Assembly: GCA_963705165.1 (NCBI GenBank)
Contig: CAVPJD010000016.1
Span: 34,373 to 98,372, forward strand
Direction of reading: 5' to 3'
Source: an uncultured delta proteobacterium
Lineage (GTDB): Bacteria; Desulfobacterota; Syntrophia; Syntrophales; UBA2192
Length of the DNA: 64,000 nucleotides
The first letter of the stretch is position 1. Each line of letters begins with the position of its first letter. Positions 41,369 through 51,067 of the stretch are shown here, in pieces. A program made the position numbers and the translations under genes. Below the pieces are notes generated by a model, which was not told the origin of the DNA, ran no database searches, and was given only the letters and a program-made list of their open reading frames with translations.

Positions 41369-42193
41369 ATGAAGAAGAGAGGAGTGATCGTCACCGTACT
41401 GCTTGTCCTTGCGATCGCCATGGCGCCCGTGACTGCCATGGCCCAGTCCGACGGGGATGCCTACAGCGATGAAGCGCTGCAGAGGGCGTCGCAAAACCCC
41501 GTGGCTAACATGATCAGCATCCCCCTGCAGAATAACTTCAACTTCAACGTCGGCCCGCAGGACAAGATGCAGTACGTGGGCAACATCCAGCCCGTTGTCC
41601 CCTTCCACGCGACGGAGAGCTGGAACGTCATCACCCGCACGATCGTCCCCTTCGTCTACCAGCCGGAGCTCGCCCCCGGCGTCGGAGATGTCTTCGGCCT
41701 GAGTGACATCCAGTTTTCGGCATTCCTGTCGCCCGCAAAGCCCGGCGAGTTCATCTGGGGCGTGGGACCGATTCTTCAGATGCCCTCGGGAACGGACGAC
41801 TCAATCAGCCAAGGCAAATGGGCGGCGGGCCCGTCGGCGGTTGTCCTGAGAATGGAAGGGCACTGGGTCTACGGGGCTCTGGCAAACTACCTCTCGTCAT
41901 TCGCCGGCCAGGGTGACCGGGGGGCCGTCAGCCAGTGGCTGATCCAGCCCTTCGTCAACTACAACATGCCCGACGGGTGGTTCTTCGTGTCAGCCCCGAT
42001 CATCACGGCCAACATGATGGCCGACAGCAGCCAGCGATGGACGGTGCCCCTCGGCGGTGGCGCCGGCCGGATCATCCGGGTCGGCCAGCTGCCTCTGAAT
42101 ATCTCACTGCAGGGATTCTACAACGTGGCGACACCGGATGCCGGACCCGACTGGAGCATTCGGTTTGCGGTCCAGATCCTTCTGCCGAAATAA
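41369..42193 (+). CDS. Predicted outer-membrane beta-barrel (family often mislabelled neuromedin U)
   Basis: Signal peptide; SQNPVANMISIP.QNN, IQPVVPF, GLSD, GKWAAGP, QPFVNYN, WTVPLGGG. Confidence 0.75.
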   Translation: MKKRGVIVTVLLVLAIAMAPVTAMAQSDGDAYSDEALQRASQNPVANMISIPLQNNFNFNVGPQDKMQYVGNIQPVVPFHATESWNVITRTIVPFVYQPELAPGVGDVFGLSDIQFSAFLSPAKPGEFIWGVGPILQMPSGTDDSISQGKWAAGPSAVVLRMEGHWVYGALANYLSSFAGQGDRGAVSQWLIQPFVNYNMPDGWFFVSAPIITANMMADSSQRWTVPLGGGAGRIIRVGQLPLNISLQGFYNVATPDAGPDWSIRFAVQILLPK

Positions 42194-42285
42194 TATTTTG
42201 GGCCGTGCAGGCGTGAAGGCGGGGGACGGCTTCTGTCCCTGGAGCTCAGGGAGTGCTACCCCAATAACAGGAAGGAGGATTGACG

Positions 42286-43573
42286 ATGAAACGATCAGCG
42301 TTATACAGGGTCATGGCTATCGCATTTCTGGCAACCTTGCTTGCAGGCGGGTTGGCTCATGCCGGCGGGATCGCGCTCTACGAGTTCGGCTCGCCCGACG
42401 TGGGGCTCGCGGCTGCGGGCTATGCCGCCCGCGCTCAGGATGCCTCGACGGTCTTCACCAACCCGGCCGGGAATGAGCCGCCTGGAAAAGTCCCAGGTGA
42501 TGGGCGGCCTGCAGGGCCTTTACGCGAACCTGGAATTCAGCCCGAGCTCGGCAACGACCACGTCCGGCAGCGACGGCGGCAACGCAGTGGGATGGCTTCC
42601 GGGCGGGAGTCTCTTCGTCGTTCAGAAGCTCAGCCCGGACTGGAGCGTGGGGTTCGGGGCGCTGTCCTACTTCGGCCTGAGCACGCAGTACGACGACAAC
42701 TGGGTGGGGCGCTACTACCTCCAGAAGGGGACCCTGATCGGGCTCACACTCACGCCGGCCGTGAGCTACCGGGTGAACAGCTGGCTCTCCGTCGGTGCGG
42801 GCCTCAACATGATGTACGGCTATCTCGACAACCAGATCGCCGTCAATAACATCGGCGAGGCGCGGCCCGACGGACAGCTCAAGTACGACGACAACCGGTG
42901 GGGCTACGGCGCAAACCTCGGCATCCTCGTCGAGCCGATGCCGGGGACGCGTTTCGGGCTCACCTACCTTTCGGAGGTCAAGCTCGACTTCAGCGCGGTG
43001 CCCGAATTCAGCGGTCTCGGCCCCGTCCTGGAAGCGTTGCTGAGGAGCCGGGGGCTCACCACGAACAACCTCGACCTGAGCATGACGGTGCCCCAGATGG
43101 TCATGTTCAGCGCCTACCACGAGTTGAACCGCCAGTGGGCCGTCATGGGAAACATCGGGTGGCAGGACTGGTCGCGGTTCGGTTACGTCGATGTGGGGAT
43201 CAATTCGAGCAACCCCACGACCCTGACGACGAGCAGCGACTACAACGACACGTGGCACGTGGCCCTGGGCGTGCAGTACCGTCCGGCCATGGAGACCCCC
43301 TGGACCTTCTCTGCCGGCGTTGCCTACGACAGCTCCGCCGTCGACGACGACAGGCGCACCGTCACCGTTCCCATGGGCGAGGCCTGGCGTTTCGCCCTGG
43401 GCGCTCAGTATGCGATCAACACTGCCGTGACGGTGGGGTGTGCCTACGAGTTCGTGTGGGCCGGCGATATGTCCGTCGACCAGCAGCGCGGGCCGCTGGC
43501 AGGCCGTGTGGCTGGCGATTACAGCAACACGAGTTTCAATTTCTTTGCGCTGAATCTGACCTGGAAGTACTGA
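42286..43573 (+). CDS. FadL/OmpP1/TodX-family outer-membrane channel; apparent +1 frameshift at about 42472
   Basis: Signal peptide, GIALYE, AARAQDASTVFTNPAG(M) plug motif, amphipathic strands, terminal WKY. Confidence 0.85.
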
Positions 43574-43773
43574 TGCCCATCGGGACGGATAAGAAATAGG
43601 TGATGCAAAGATTCATGGTATTCGGTAAAATAAAAAATGTATCGGGATCATGTTCCGTCGCCTGCACCCGGGTGAACGGATCGGGCAGGCTTCGGCGGCA
43701 CATTGCCGGGGAGCGGCGGAAAATGATCGATGCGGCAGTTCCGTCAACATAAGATCCCAGAAGGAGGACGAAC

Positions 43774-44274
43774 ATGAGCAAGAAGATGATTATCCTGGTG
43801 TCTCTGGTTCTCGTCGTCATGACGGCACAAACTGCCCTGGCGCAGCAGAACCTGATCATCTATCCCGCCAGGGGCCAGAGCCAGCAGCAGATGCAGCAGG
43901 ACAGGCTTGAATGCCAGGCCTGGGCCACGCAACAGACCGGTTTCGATCCCCTGGCGATACCCACGGCCACAGCTCCGCCCCCGCCGGGTGCCCAGGGAAG
44001 CGCCGCCGGCGGTGCCGTCAGGGGCGGTGCCGTCGGGGCTGCCACCGGCCTGGCGATCGGATCTCTCTCCGGCGATGCGGGCCGAGGGGCGGCCACCGGG
44101 GCCATCGCGGGCGGTGTCTTCGGCGGCCTGAGAGGCAATGCGCAGCAGCAGGATGCCCAGCGGTCGCAGCAGCAGTGGGCCAACCAGCAGGCATCTCAGC
44201 ACATGCAGCAGCGCAATGCGTTCGACCGGGCCTTCTCCGCGTGTCTCACCGGCAGGGGCTATACGGTGCACTAG
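43774..44274 (+). CDS. Exported glycine-zipper protein
   Basis: Signal peptide, YPARGQSQQQ..D..EC..WA, GxxxG repeats, ACLTGRGYTV. Confidence 0.8.
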   Translation: MSKKMIILVSLVLVVMTAQTALAQQNLIIYPARGQSQQQMQQDRLECQAWATQQTGFDPLAIPTATAPPPPGAQGSAAGGAVRGGAVGAATGLAIGSLSGDAGRGAATGAIAGGVFGGLRGNAQQQDAQRSQQQWANQQASQHMQQRNAFDRAFSACLTGRGYTVH

Positions 44275-44382
44275 GAAGACCGCCCGGCTTTTCGGCGGGA
44301 GGATTTCATTGAGCATCATCTCGAACCTGGCCTGCTTTCCGGCAGGGCAGGCAGGAACAGACGAAGACAAGTGGAGGCCTAT

Positions 44383-44814
44383 ATGAAACATCTGTGGATA
44401 CTTTGTGTCGCATTGATTCTTTCGGTCGTCGTGGCGCCGGCGGCGCCGGCAGGGGATTTTGACGGTTCCAGGCCGATGCTCTGCTCCGTCATCAAAGTGA
44501 TCGAGTTGACGCCCGCCGCGGATGGCGCGGTGAGCGCGGAAAGCGTCGGCTTGCCGCAGTTTCTCAGGGTGGACGTTGCCAAGAAGAAAGTCTGGCCGGC
44601 CGCGGACAAGGAAGGAAAACGGGTGAGCGAGATCAAGCGGGTGGAACGTCTCGACGGGAAGCTGATCCTGCAGGGAGCCGATGCGGGCATCGCGGACAAG
44701 AGGGACGGCACCGGATGGTCGGCGATGATTTCCGAGGCGACGGGGAAATTCACCGTGACGATGGCCCGCGAGAATGAGGCGTTTGTCGTCTTCGGCGCAT
44801 GCCTGCCCCAGTAG
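44383..44814 (+). CDS. Hypothetical exported protein
   Basis: RBS GGAGG, signal peptide, FDGSRPMLC...FVVFGAC. Confidence 0.7.
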   Translation: MKHLWILCVALILSVVVAPAAPAGDFDGSRPMLCSVIKVIELTPAADGAVSAESVGLPQFLRVDVAKKKVWPAADKEGKRVSEIKRVERLDGKLILQGADAGIADKRDGTGWSAMISEATGKFTVTMARENEAFVVFGACLPQ

Positions 44815-44883
44815 GATCGCCCATCGGGGATCAGTCAGCCACAGGCGAGAAGCTGCAGCGATTCATTTCCTTTCCGACTGTAC

Positions 44884-44919
44884 TGGACCAAAGTCCAGTG
44901 CGGATAGGACCATGGTCCA
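44884..44919. promoter_or_regulatory. Tandem palindromic operator, copy 1
   Basis: TGGACCAAAGTCCA (44884) plus AGGACCATGGTCCA (44906), 22 bp apart. Confidence 0.7.
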
Positions 44920-45200
44920 ATTCCCCTTCGGCTTTGGACGTTGTATGGATTGACAGTGGGAAATGAGAACGATGCCCGTTGCCGGTCGGTCCCGGACGCA
45001 GCCACCCGTGCCGATACCCCCTGTCCACTGATCGAAAGCAGGCCTTCGGCCTTCAAGAATCCTTTCCGATCGTGCAGGATCGCTTTGAGGCAGTGCAGGT
45101 GTTCTGACTGTCCCGAGGTTGCGCTCCAGAAAAGAAAGAAATCAACTGGTTGACGGTTTGACAGACAAGACCTGTTGGTTGGACAACGAAATGGTGGGGG

Positions 45201-46400
45201 ATGAACATGAACAAGAAAGGCTCATGGCGATATGCGTTGATCGGGCTCCTTGCGATAAGCCTTGCTTTGCCGGCGCCGCTTTTCTCGCAGGAGACTACTG
45301 CAAAAAAAGCGTTCAAGCAGGAGGAACTCGACCAGCTGCTGGCGCCCGTTGCCCTGTACCCCGATGACCTCCTGACCCAGATCCTCATGGCTTCGACCTA
45401 TCCCCTCGAGGTGGTGCAGGCGGAGCGGTGGGCAAAGCAGAACAAGAGCCTGAAAGGGGATGCCCTGAAGGCGGCCCTTGACAAGCAGCCCTGGGACGCG
45501 AGTGTCAAGGCACTCGTCCCCTTTCCCGATGTGATCACCATGATGAGCGAAAAGCTCGAGTGGACCCAGAAGCTGGGCGATGCATTCCTGGCACAGCAGA
45601 AAGACGTCATGGACACGGTGCAGAAGCTGCGCCGGAAGGCGGCCGAGGCGGGCAACCTGAAAAGCTCGAAGGAGCAGGAGGTGAAGAAGGAGGGCGACAT
45701 CATCATCGTCCAGGCCGCCGACCCGCAGGTGGTCTATGTCCCAGCCTACAACCCCACCGTGGTATACGGCACATGGTGGTACCCGGCCTACCCGCCATAT
45801 CCAGTTTATGCCTACCCGCCGGGCGCCGCGTTGTTCACCTTCTCGATGGGTGTCGCCATAGGCGCGGCCTGGCATGGGCATGGCTGCTATCCCGATTATC
45901 ACGGTGGAAGCGTCAATATCGACAGGAACACCAACATCAACGTCGACAGGCCAGACCGGGGCGGCAGACCGGAGCAGAGACCCTCGGGGGGCGGCAAGGG
46001 GGAACAGTGGAAACACAACCCCGAGCACCGGCAGGGGGTTTCCTACCGGGACCAGGGGACGCGCGACAAGTATTCCCCGACAAACCGCGCAGCCGTCGAC
46101 AACCGCCAGGGTAACCGCGGTTACGAAAAGCCGGCGGCAGGCACGGCCGATCGATCTGCCGGCAGGCAGCCGGCCCAACAGGATCGGGCCGTCCAGGACA
46201 GAACGCCCGACCGATCCGGTTCCGGGGCAAAGAGTCAGAACAATGCCTTCAGCGGGTCAGACCGGAGCGGTGGACAAGTGCAGCGCGACAGCGCGAGAGG
46301 CAGCCAGAGCATGTCTTCGGCCAAGTCCCATGGCGGAGGTGCCTCGCGGTCTTCCGGGGGCGGTGCGTCCCGCGGGGGCGGCGGGAGAGGACGCAGATAG
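45201..46400 (+). CDS. DUF3300-domain exported protein with Arg/Gly/Ser-rich tail
   Basis: ELDQLLAPVALYPD.LL.QILMASTYP.EVV.A, WDASVKAL, WTQKLGDAFLAQ, VYVPAYNP.VVYG.W. Confidence 0.85.
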   Translation: MNMNKKGSWRYALIGLLAISLALPAPLFSQETTAKKAFKQEELDQLLAPVALYPDDLLTQILMASTYPLEVVQAERWAKQNKSLKGDALKAALDKQPWDASVKALVPFPDVITMMSEKLEWTQKLGDAFLAQQKDVMDTVQKLRRKAAEAGNLKSSKEQEVKKEGDIIIVQAADPQVVYVPAYNPTVVYGTWWYPAYPPYPVYAYPPGAALFTFSMGVAIGAAWHGHGCYPDYHGGSVNIDRNTNINVDRPDRGGRPEQRPSGGGKGEQWKHNPEHRQGVSYRDQGTRDKYSPTNRAAVDNRQGNRGYEKPAAGTADRSAGRQPAQQDRAVQDRTPDRSGSGAKSQNNAFSGSDRSGGQVQRDSARGSQSMSSAKSHGGGASRSSGGGASRGGGGRGRR

Positions 46401-46463
46401 GATCCGAGAGGAGGACGTACCGACGAGTCCTCATACCAGAACCCATCGATGGAGGAAAGATCC

Positions 46464-47408
46464 ATGGTTTTGTTTCGAATGCGGTATCCGTCAGCCCGGT
46501 TTCTCCTGATCTGTGCGCTAGCCCTGCTTGTTGCCGTGATGCTCCAGGGAACCGCCCTTGCGGCCAAGCCGAAACAGAAGAGCTTCGAGAGCCCTGAAGC
46601 GGCCGTGGAGGCCCTGGTCAAGGCCCTTCGCGATCACAGCGAAAAGGAGCTTCTTGTTATTTTCGGACCCGGCAGTGAGGCTCTGATCTCATCGGGGGAC
46701 AAGGTGGACGACCGGGTTCGTCGGGAGGGATTCGTTCGACAGTACGACGAAGCGAACCGCCTGGAACCGGCGGGGGAGGAGAAACGCATCGTCCACGTGG
46801 GGAAAAATGACTGGCCTTTCGCGATCCCGATCGTGAAGGCCGGCGCAAGCTGGCGCTTCGACACCAAACAGGGCAAGGAAGAAATCCTCAACCGCCGTAT
46901 CGGGGAGAATGAGCTGGGCGCCATCCAGACAAGCCTGGCGATCGTTGATGCGCAGCGGGAGTATGCCGCCCTGGACCGTGACGGCGACGGCCTGCTGGCG
47001 TATGCCCGGACGTTTTACAGTACAGAAGACAAGATGGACGGCCTGTACTGGGAGGTCAAGCCCGGCGAGAACCCCAGCCCCCTCGGGCCGCTTCTTGCCA
47101 AAGCGCAGGGGGAGGGCTACTTGCCGGGGAAAAAGCCCGCACCCTACAACGGCTATTTCTTCCGGATCCTCACCGCCCAGGGAAAAAGCGCCAGGGGTGG
47201 AGCTTACAGCTACCTGGTGAAGGGAAAGATGGTGGGCGGCTTTGCAGTCGTGGCGTACCCGGCAACATACGCCGTCACCGGCGTGAAGACGTTTATCGTG
47301 AACCACGACGGCGTCGTTTATCAGAAAGACCTGGGACCCAAGACGGGTAGACTTGCGAAGAACATGAAGACGTACGACCCGGACAAGACATGGGAGAAGG
47401 TGGAGTAG
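46464..47408 (+). CDS. DUF2950-domain exported protein
   Basis: F.SPE.A, WPFAIPIVK, RRIGENEL, DGLYW, PYNGYFFRIL..QG, GFAVVAYPA.Y..TGV.TF, YQKDLG; follows DUF3300. Confidence 0.85.
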   Translation: MVLFRMRYPSARFLLICALALLVAVMLQGTALAAKPKQKSFESPEAAVEALVKALRDHSEKELLVIFGPGSEALISSGDKVDDRVRREGFVRQYDEANRLEPAGEEKRIVHVGKNDWPFAIPIVKAGASWRFDTKQGKEEILNRRIGENELGAIQTSLAIVDAQREYAALDRDGDGLLAYARTFYSTEDKMDGLYWEVKPGENPSPLGPLLAKAQGEGYLPGKKPAPYNGYFFRILTAQGKSARGGAYSYLVKGKMVGGFAVVAYPATYAVTGVKTFIVNHDGVVYQKDLGPKTGRLAKNMKTYDPDKTWEKVE

Positions 47409-47459
47409 GCGAGTCGTCTTTCGAAATATCCGGCGGGACGAAGGTCGATAAACTTCGAG

Positions 47460-47487
47460 TTGCCGTTCATCTTATTTTGTGTATAAT
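47460..47487 (+). promoter_or_regulatory. Putative sigma-70 promoter of the OmpA-family gene
   Basis: TTGCCG-16 bp-TATAAT in an AT-rich patch. Confidence 0.4.
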
Positions 47488-47581
47488 ATAAAAATGTTAA
47501 AGTGTCAGTGCGGGCCTTTTTGTGCATAGCTTCAATTCATTTCGAGAAATAAAGCAGACAACAAGAAAAGGAGGTTACACG

Positions 47582-48745
47582 ATGAGAAGCAAATGGCTCC
47601 TGATGATCATTGCGGCCGTTGTGGTGGTGGGGCTCAGCGGCTGTGCGACGGTGATCAAACCGGTCCCGGCGCAGGATCTCAGCCCGAAGCTGAAGTCCGG
47701 CGCGCTGGTTCAGAAGACGAACAACTTCCAGGTGATCCTGGACACCTCGACGTCGATGGACGATCCCGTTCAGTGGAAAAACCCCGAATATGTCAATCCG
47801 GTGACGAACACGAAGCTGGAGTACCAGCAGCACCTGGCGAGACTGTTCAACGACACGATCCCGCCGATGAAGCTCACGGCAGGCCTGCGCGATTTCGCCG
47901 GCAGGCGCTGGCTCACGCGCAACTTCGACACGAAGCTCTGGTACGGGATGTCGCCCTGGGTGAGGGAGGATCTCGGCAAGGCGATCTGGGCGGTGAACGT
48001 GCAGGGCGTGGAGAGCCCGCTGGAACTGGCCCTGGATGCGGCCACGATGGATCTCAAGCCCCTGGCGGGCAAATCGGCCGTCATCATCTTTACCGACGGG
48101 CTCGATATGCCGAAGGCCGTGGCCTCGGCGCAGGCGATGAAGGCCGCCCTGAAGGACAACGTGTGCATTTACGCTGTTTTCATCGGCCCGGACCGCATGA
48201 CCATGGATTACCCGAAGGGCGAAGGCATGGCGCTGCTCGAAAAGGTGGTGAAGGCCGGCGAGTGCGGGGCCCTGGTGAACGGAAAGGACGTCGAATCGGC
48301 AGCGGGCATGGCGGCCTTTGTGGAGAAGGTCTTCCTCGGACCTCCTCCTCCGCCTCCTCCTGCACCGGAAGCGCCCGTGGTGGTTCCGCCGGTGGTCACG
48401 CCTCCCGCGGCACCGGATAAGCTCGAAGCCATTTACTTCGATTTTGACAAGTATGTGATCATGCCGGAGGGCCGTGAGGCGCTGAAGCGCAACGCCGAGT
48501 GGCTGCAGAAGAACGCCGGCGCGAAGGTGGTTGTCGAGGGCAACTGCGACGAGCGCGGCACCAACGAGTACAACATGGCCCTGGGCCAGCGCCGTGCGGA
48601 TGCCGCGGCGAAGTACCTGGTCGACCTGGGCGTTGCAAAAGAGCGCGTGGGCACGGTGAGCTTCGGCGAGGAGAAGCCCATTTGCACGGAGTCCAACGAG
48701 GCCTGCTGGTCCAAGAACCGCAGGGATGACTTCCGCGTGAAGTGA
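47582..48745 (+). CDS. OmpA/Pal-family lipoprotein with N-terminal vWA-like domain
   Basis: Lipobox LSG-C; ILDTSTSM and IIFTDG (MIDAS-like); Pro-rich linker; IYFDFDK, EGNCDERGTNEYNMALGQRRA, NRR. Confidence 0.88.
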   Translation: MRSKWLLMIIAAVVVVGLSGCATVIKPVPAQDLSPKLKSGALVQKTNNFQVILDTSTSMDDPVQWKNPEYVNPVTNTKLEYQQHLARLFNDTIPPMKLTAGLRDFAGRRWLTRNFDTKLWYGMSPWVREDLGKAIWAVNVQGVESPLELALDAATMDLKPLAGKSAVIIFTDGLDMPKAVASAQAMKAALKDNVCIYAVFIGPDRMTMDYPKGEGMALLEKVVKAGECGALVNGKDVESAAGMAAFVEKVFLGPPPPPPPAPEAPVVVPPVVTPPAAPDKLEAIYFDFDKYVIMPEGREALKRNAEWLQKNAGAKVVVEGNCDERGTNEYNMALGQRRADAAAKYLVDLGVAKERVGTVSFGEEKPICTESNEACWSKNRRDDFRVK

Positions 48746-48774
48746 TCGCGACAGAGGATAACCATTGAGGCAGG

Positions 48775-48811
48775 AAGAGGGTCTCGTGCGCGGCGCGAGA
48801 CCCTCTTTTTT
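48775..48811 (+). terminator. Intrinsic terminator
   Basis: AAGAGGGTCTCG...CGAGACCCTCTT plus T-run. Confidence 0.85.
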
Positions 48812-48908
48812 GTTGTCCATGACATGAAGAGCTGATAATGTACAGTCAGTCTCACCGTCACCATTCCTTGCACGGAGACATCATCCGAAAAAATTCAGGA
48901 GGTGAAAT

Positions 48909-49280
48909 ATGAAGACCGTTGCCGTTGTTCTTTTGATCGTTCTCTTTGCGGCGCCCGTTCTTGCCGACGTGGCAGACGAGTACAAGGTCCGGAATGCGGG
49001 GGATCTCGTGTCGCTTTGCAGCCGGGATGTGTCGGCCGAGGACTATGTGGCCGCGGTGAACTTCTGTCACGGCTACACCGTGGGCGCTTATGCCTACTAC
49101 AGGGGTGTCGCCGCGGCGGATCCCGATGTGAAGATCGTCTGCTTCAAAGAACCCTACCCGCAACGCAAACAGGTGATCGCAGATTTCGTGTCCTGGAGCA
49201 AGGCCAACCCGTCGTTCATGAAAGATGCGGCGGTGGACACCCTGTTCCGGTTCCTGGCCGGGGCATTTCCCTGCAAATAA
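48909..49280 (+). CDS. Rap1a/Tai-like small periplasmic protein
   Basis: Signal peptide; G.L...C, C.GY..G, third Cys, C-terminal AFPCK pattern typical of the Rap1a immunity family. Confidence 0.65.
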   Translation: MKTVAVVLLIVLFAAPVLADVADEYKVRNAGDLVSLCSRDVSAEDYVAAVNFCHGYTVGAYAYYRGVAAADPDVKIVCFKEPYPQRKQVIADFVSWSKANPSFMKDAAVDTLFRFLAGAFPCK

Positions 49281-49305
49281 TCACGAAGTGAAAGGAGCAC
49301 CAACC

Positions 49306-49587
49306 ATGAAAAACATGAAGATCATCGCTCTTCTCATGGCAGCGATATTCCTTGTGGCCGGCTGTGCCGGGATGTCGGATACGCAGAAGCGCACCGGGAC
49401 CGGCGTGGCGGCTGGAGCCGCCACGGGCGCCGCGATAGGGTCATTTTACGGAAGTGCAGGAGCGGGGGCGGCAATCGGCGCGGCGGTCGGTGGTGCCGGA
49501 GGGTATGTCTACGACCAGCACATCAAGAGCAAGGACAAGGCGTACAAGGACGGCTACGATGAGGGGAAGAAGAGCCCGGCGAAGTAA
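49306..49587 (+). CDS. Glycine-zipper lipoprotein
   Basis: Lipobox VAG-C; GVAAGAATGAAIG...GAAIGAAVGGAGG. Confidence 0.8.
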   Translation: MKNMKIIALLMAAIFLVAGCAGMSDTQKRTGTGVAAGAATGAAIGSFYGSAGAGAAIGAAVGGAGGYVYDQHIKSKDKAYKDGYDEGKKSPAK

Positions 49588-49720
49588 CAGGGCCTTTGCC
49601 GATGCATGAGCGCCTGTCACCACTCGACGCGCACATGAATTTTGCGGCAAATCTCCGAGCACCGCACGCGTCTGCCTGGGCGCCAATCCGCGTCATTCAA
49701 GACAGATAGGCCTTTCGGGT

Positions 49721-51064
49721 ATGAAACCAGAAGCCGGGAAGCAGAACCCCCATCGCGTGGTCATCATAGGTGGGGGCTTCGGGGGGCTCTACGCGGCGAG
49801 GGCCCTTGCAAAGGTCCCCGTACGCGTCACGCTCGTGGACCGTCGCAATTTCCATCTCTTCCAGCCCCTCCTATACCAGGTGGCCACGGGCATACTCGGG
49901 CCCGGCGAGATCACCGCTCCTCTTCGTCACATCCTGCGAAAACAGAAGAACGCCACCGTTCTTCTGGGTGAAGTAGAGGAACTGGATCCGGCAGAACGGC
50001 GGGTCATCCTTGCCGACGGGACTCTCGATTACGACACGCTGATCGTTGCGGCGGGGATGAAGAACCACTACTACGGGAACGATTCCTGGGAGCAGGCGGC
50101 GCCGGGGCTCAAGAGCATCGAGGACAGCGCCTGGATCCGCCAGAAGATCTTTTTTGCCTTCGAGGTGGCCGAACGGGAGACGGACCCGGAGAAGCGCCGG
50201 GCCTGGCTTACCTTCGTGATCGTCGGCAGCGGTCCCACCGGTGTCGAGCTGACGGGGATGGTCGCCGAGATCGCAAGGGAAACCCTGAGGGAGGATTTTC
50301 GATCGATCCATCCCGAGGAGTCTGAAATCCTTCTCGTGGACGCAGCGGACCGGGTACTGCCCGCTTTTCCCCCTGAACTTTCCGAACAAGCCAGGACAAC
50401 GCTTCTCGATCTCGGCGTGCAGGTAAGGACGGGTGTAAAAGTAACAGCTATTGACGAGCAGGGGATCACCCTGGAAGGCCTCGCCGGCACGCAACGGATC
50501 GCGGCGCACACCGTGCTCTGGGCGGCAGGGGTGGCCGCTTCGCCCCTGGGCAGGTTGCTCGCGGAGAAGGCCGGGGCACAGGCGGATAGGCTGGGGCGGG
50601 TGATGGTAAACCCCGATCTCACCGTGCCGGGCCATCCGGAGATCTTCGTCATCGGCGACCTCGCGCATATTCCCGGTAAGGACGGCTCCCCCCTGCCGGG
50701 GCTTGCTCCCGTTGCCACCCAGGGGGGGCGATATGCGGCACGGGTCATCGGGAGACGGTTGCAGGGGGAAAGGCCGGAGGCGCCCTTTGCCTACTTTGAC
50801 AAGGGAACCATGGCCGTCATCGGGCGGCACGCCGCCGTCGCCAGCGTTGGCAGGTTCCGGTTCGGCGGGATCACGGCGTGGCTCATGTGGCTCTTCATCC
50901 ACCTGCTCCTTTTGATCAATTTCGAGAGCCGCCTGGTCGTGATGGTCCGCTGGGCCTTTTCGTACTTCACCCACAGCCGGGGCTCGCGGGTGCTGCTCGC
51001 CATGGGGACCCTGCGCCTGCCCGTCACGGGAGCTCCATTGCGCGATCCTCAAAGAGATCCCTGA
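49721..51064 (+). CDS. ndh: Type II NADH dehydrogenase family flavoprotein
   Basis: IIGGGFGG, FQPLLYQVATG, VGSGPTGVE, LWAAGV, IGD, DKGTMAVIGR. Confidence 0.88.
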   Translation: MKPEAGKQNPHRVVIIGGGFGGLYAARALAKVPVRVTLVDRRNFHLFQPLLYQVATGILGPGEITAPLRHILRKQKNATVLLGEVEELDPAERRVILADGTLDYDTLIVAAGMKNHYYGNDSWEQAAPGLKSIEDSAWIRQKIFFAFEVAERETDPEKRRAWLTFVIVGSGPTGVELTGMVAEIARETLREDFRSIHPEESEILLVDAADRVLPAFPPELSEQARTTLLDLGVQVRTGVKVTAIDEQGITLEGLAGTQRIAAHTVLWAAGVAASPLGRLLAEKAGAQADRLGRVMVNPDLTVPGHPEIFVIGDLAHIPGKDGSPLPGLAPVATQGGRYAARVIGRRLQGERPEAPFAYFDKGTMAVIGRHAAVASVGRFRFGGITAWLMWLFIHLLLLINFESRLVVMVRWAFSYFTHSRGSRVLLAMGTLRLPVTGAPLRDPQRDP

Positions 51065-51067
51065 TCA

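Noticed and set aside
44281..44356. Possible further small repeat (CCTGCTTTCCGGCAGGGCAGGCAGG)
   Set aside because: Single imperfect copy in the window; cannot be distinguished from a chance GC-rich hairpin.
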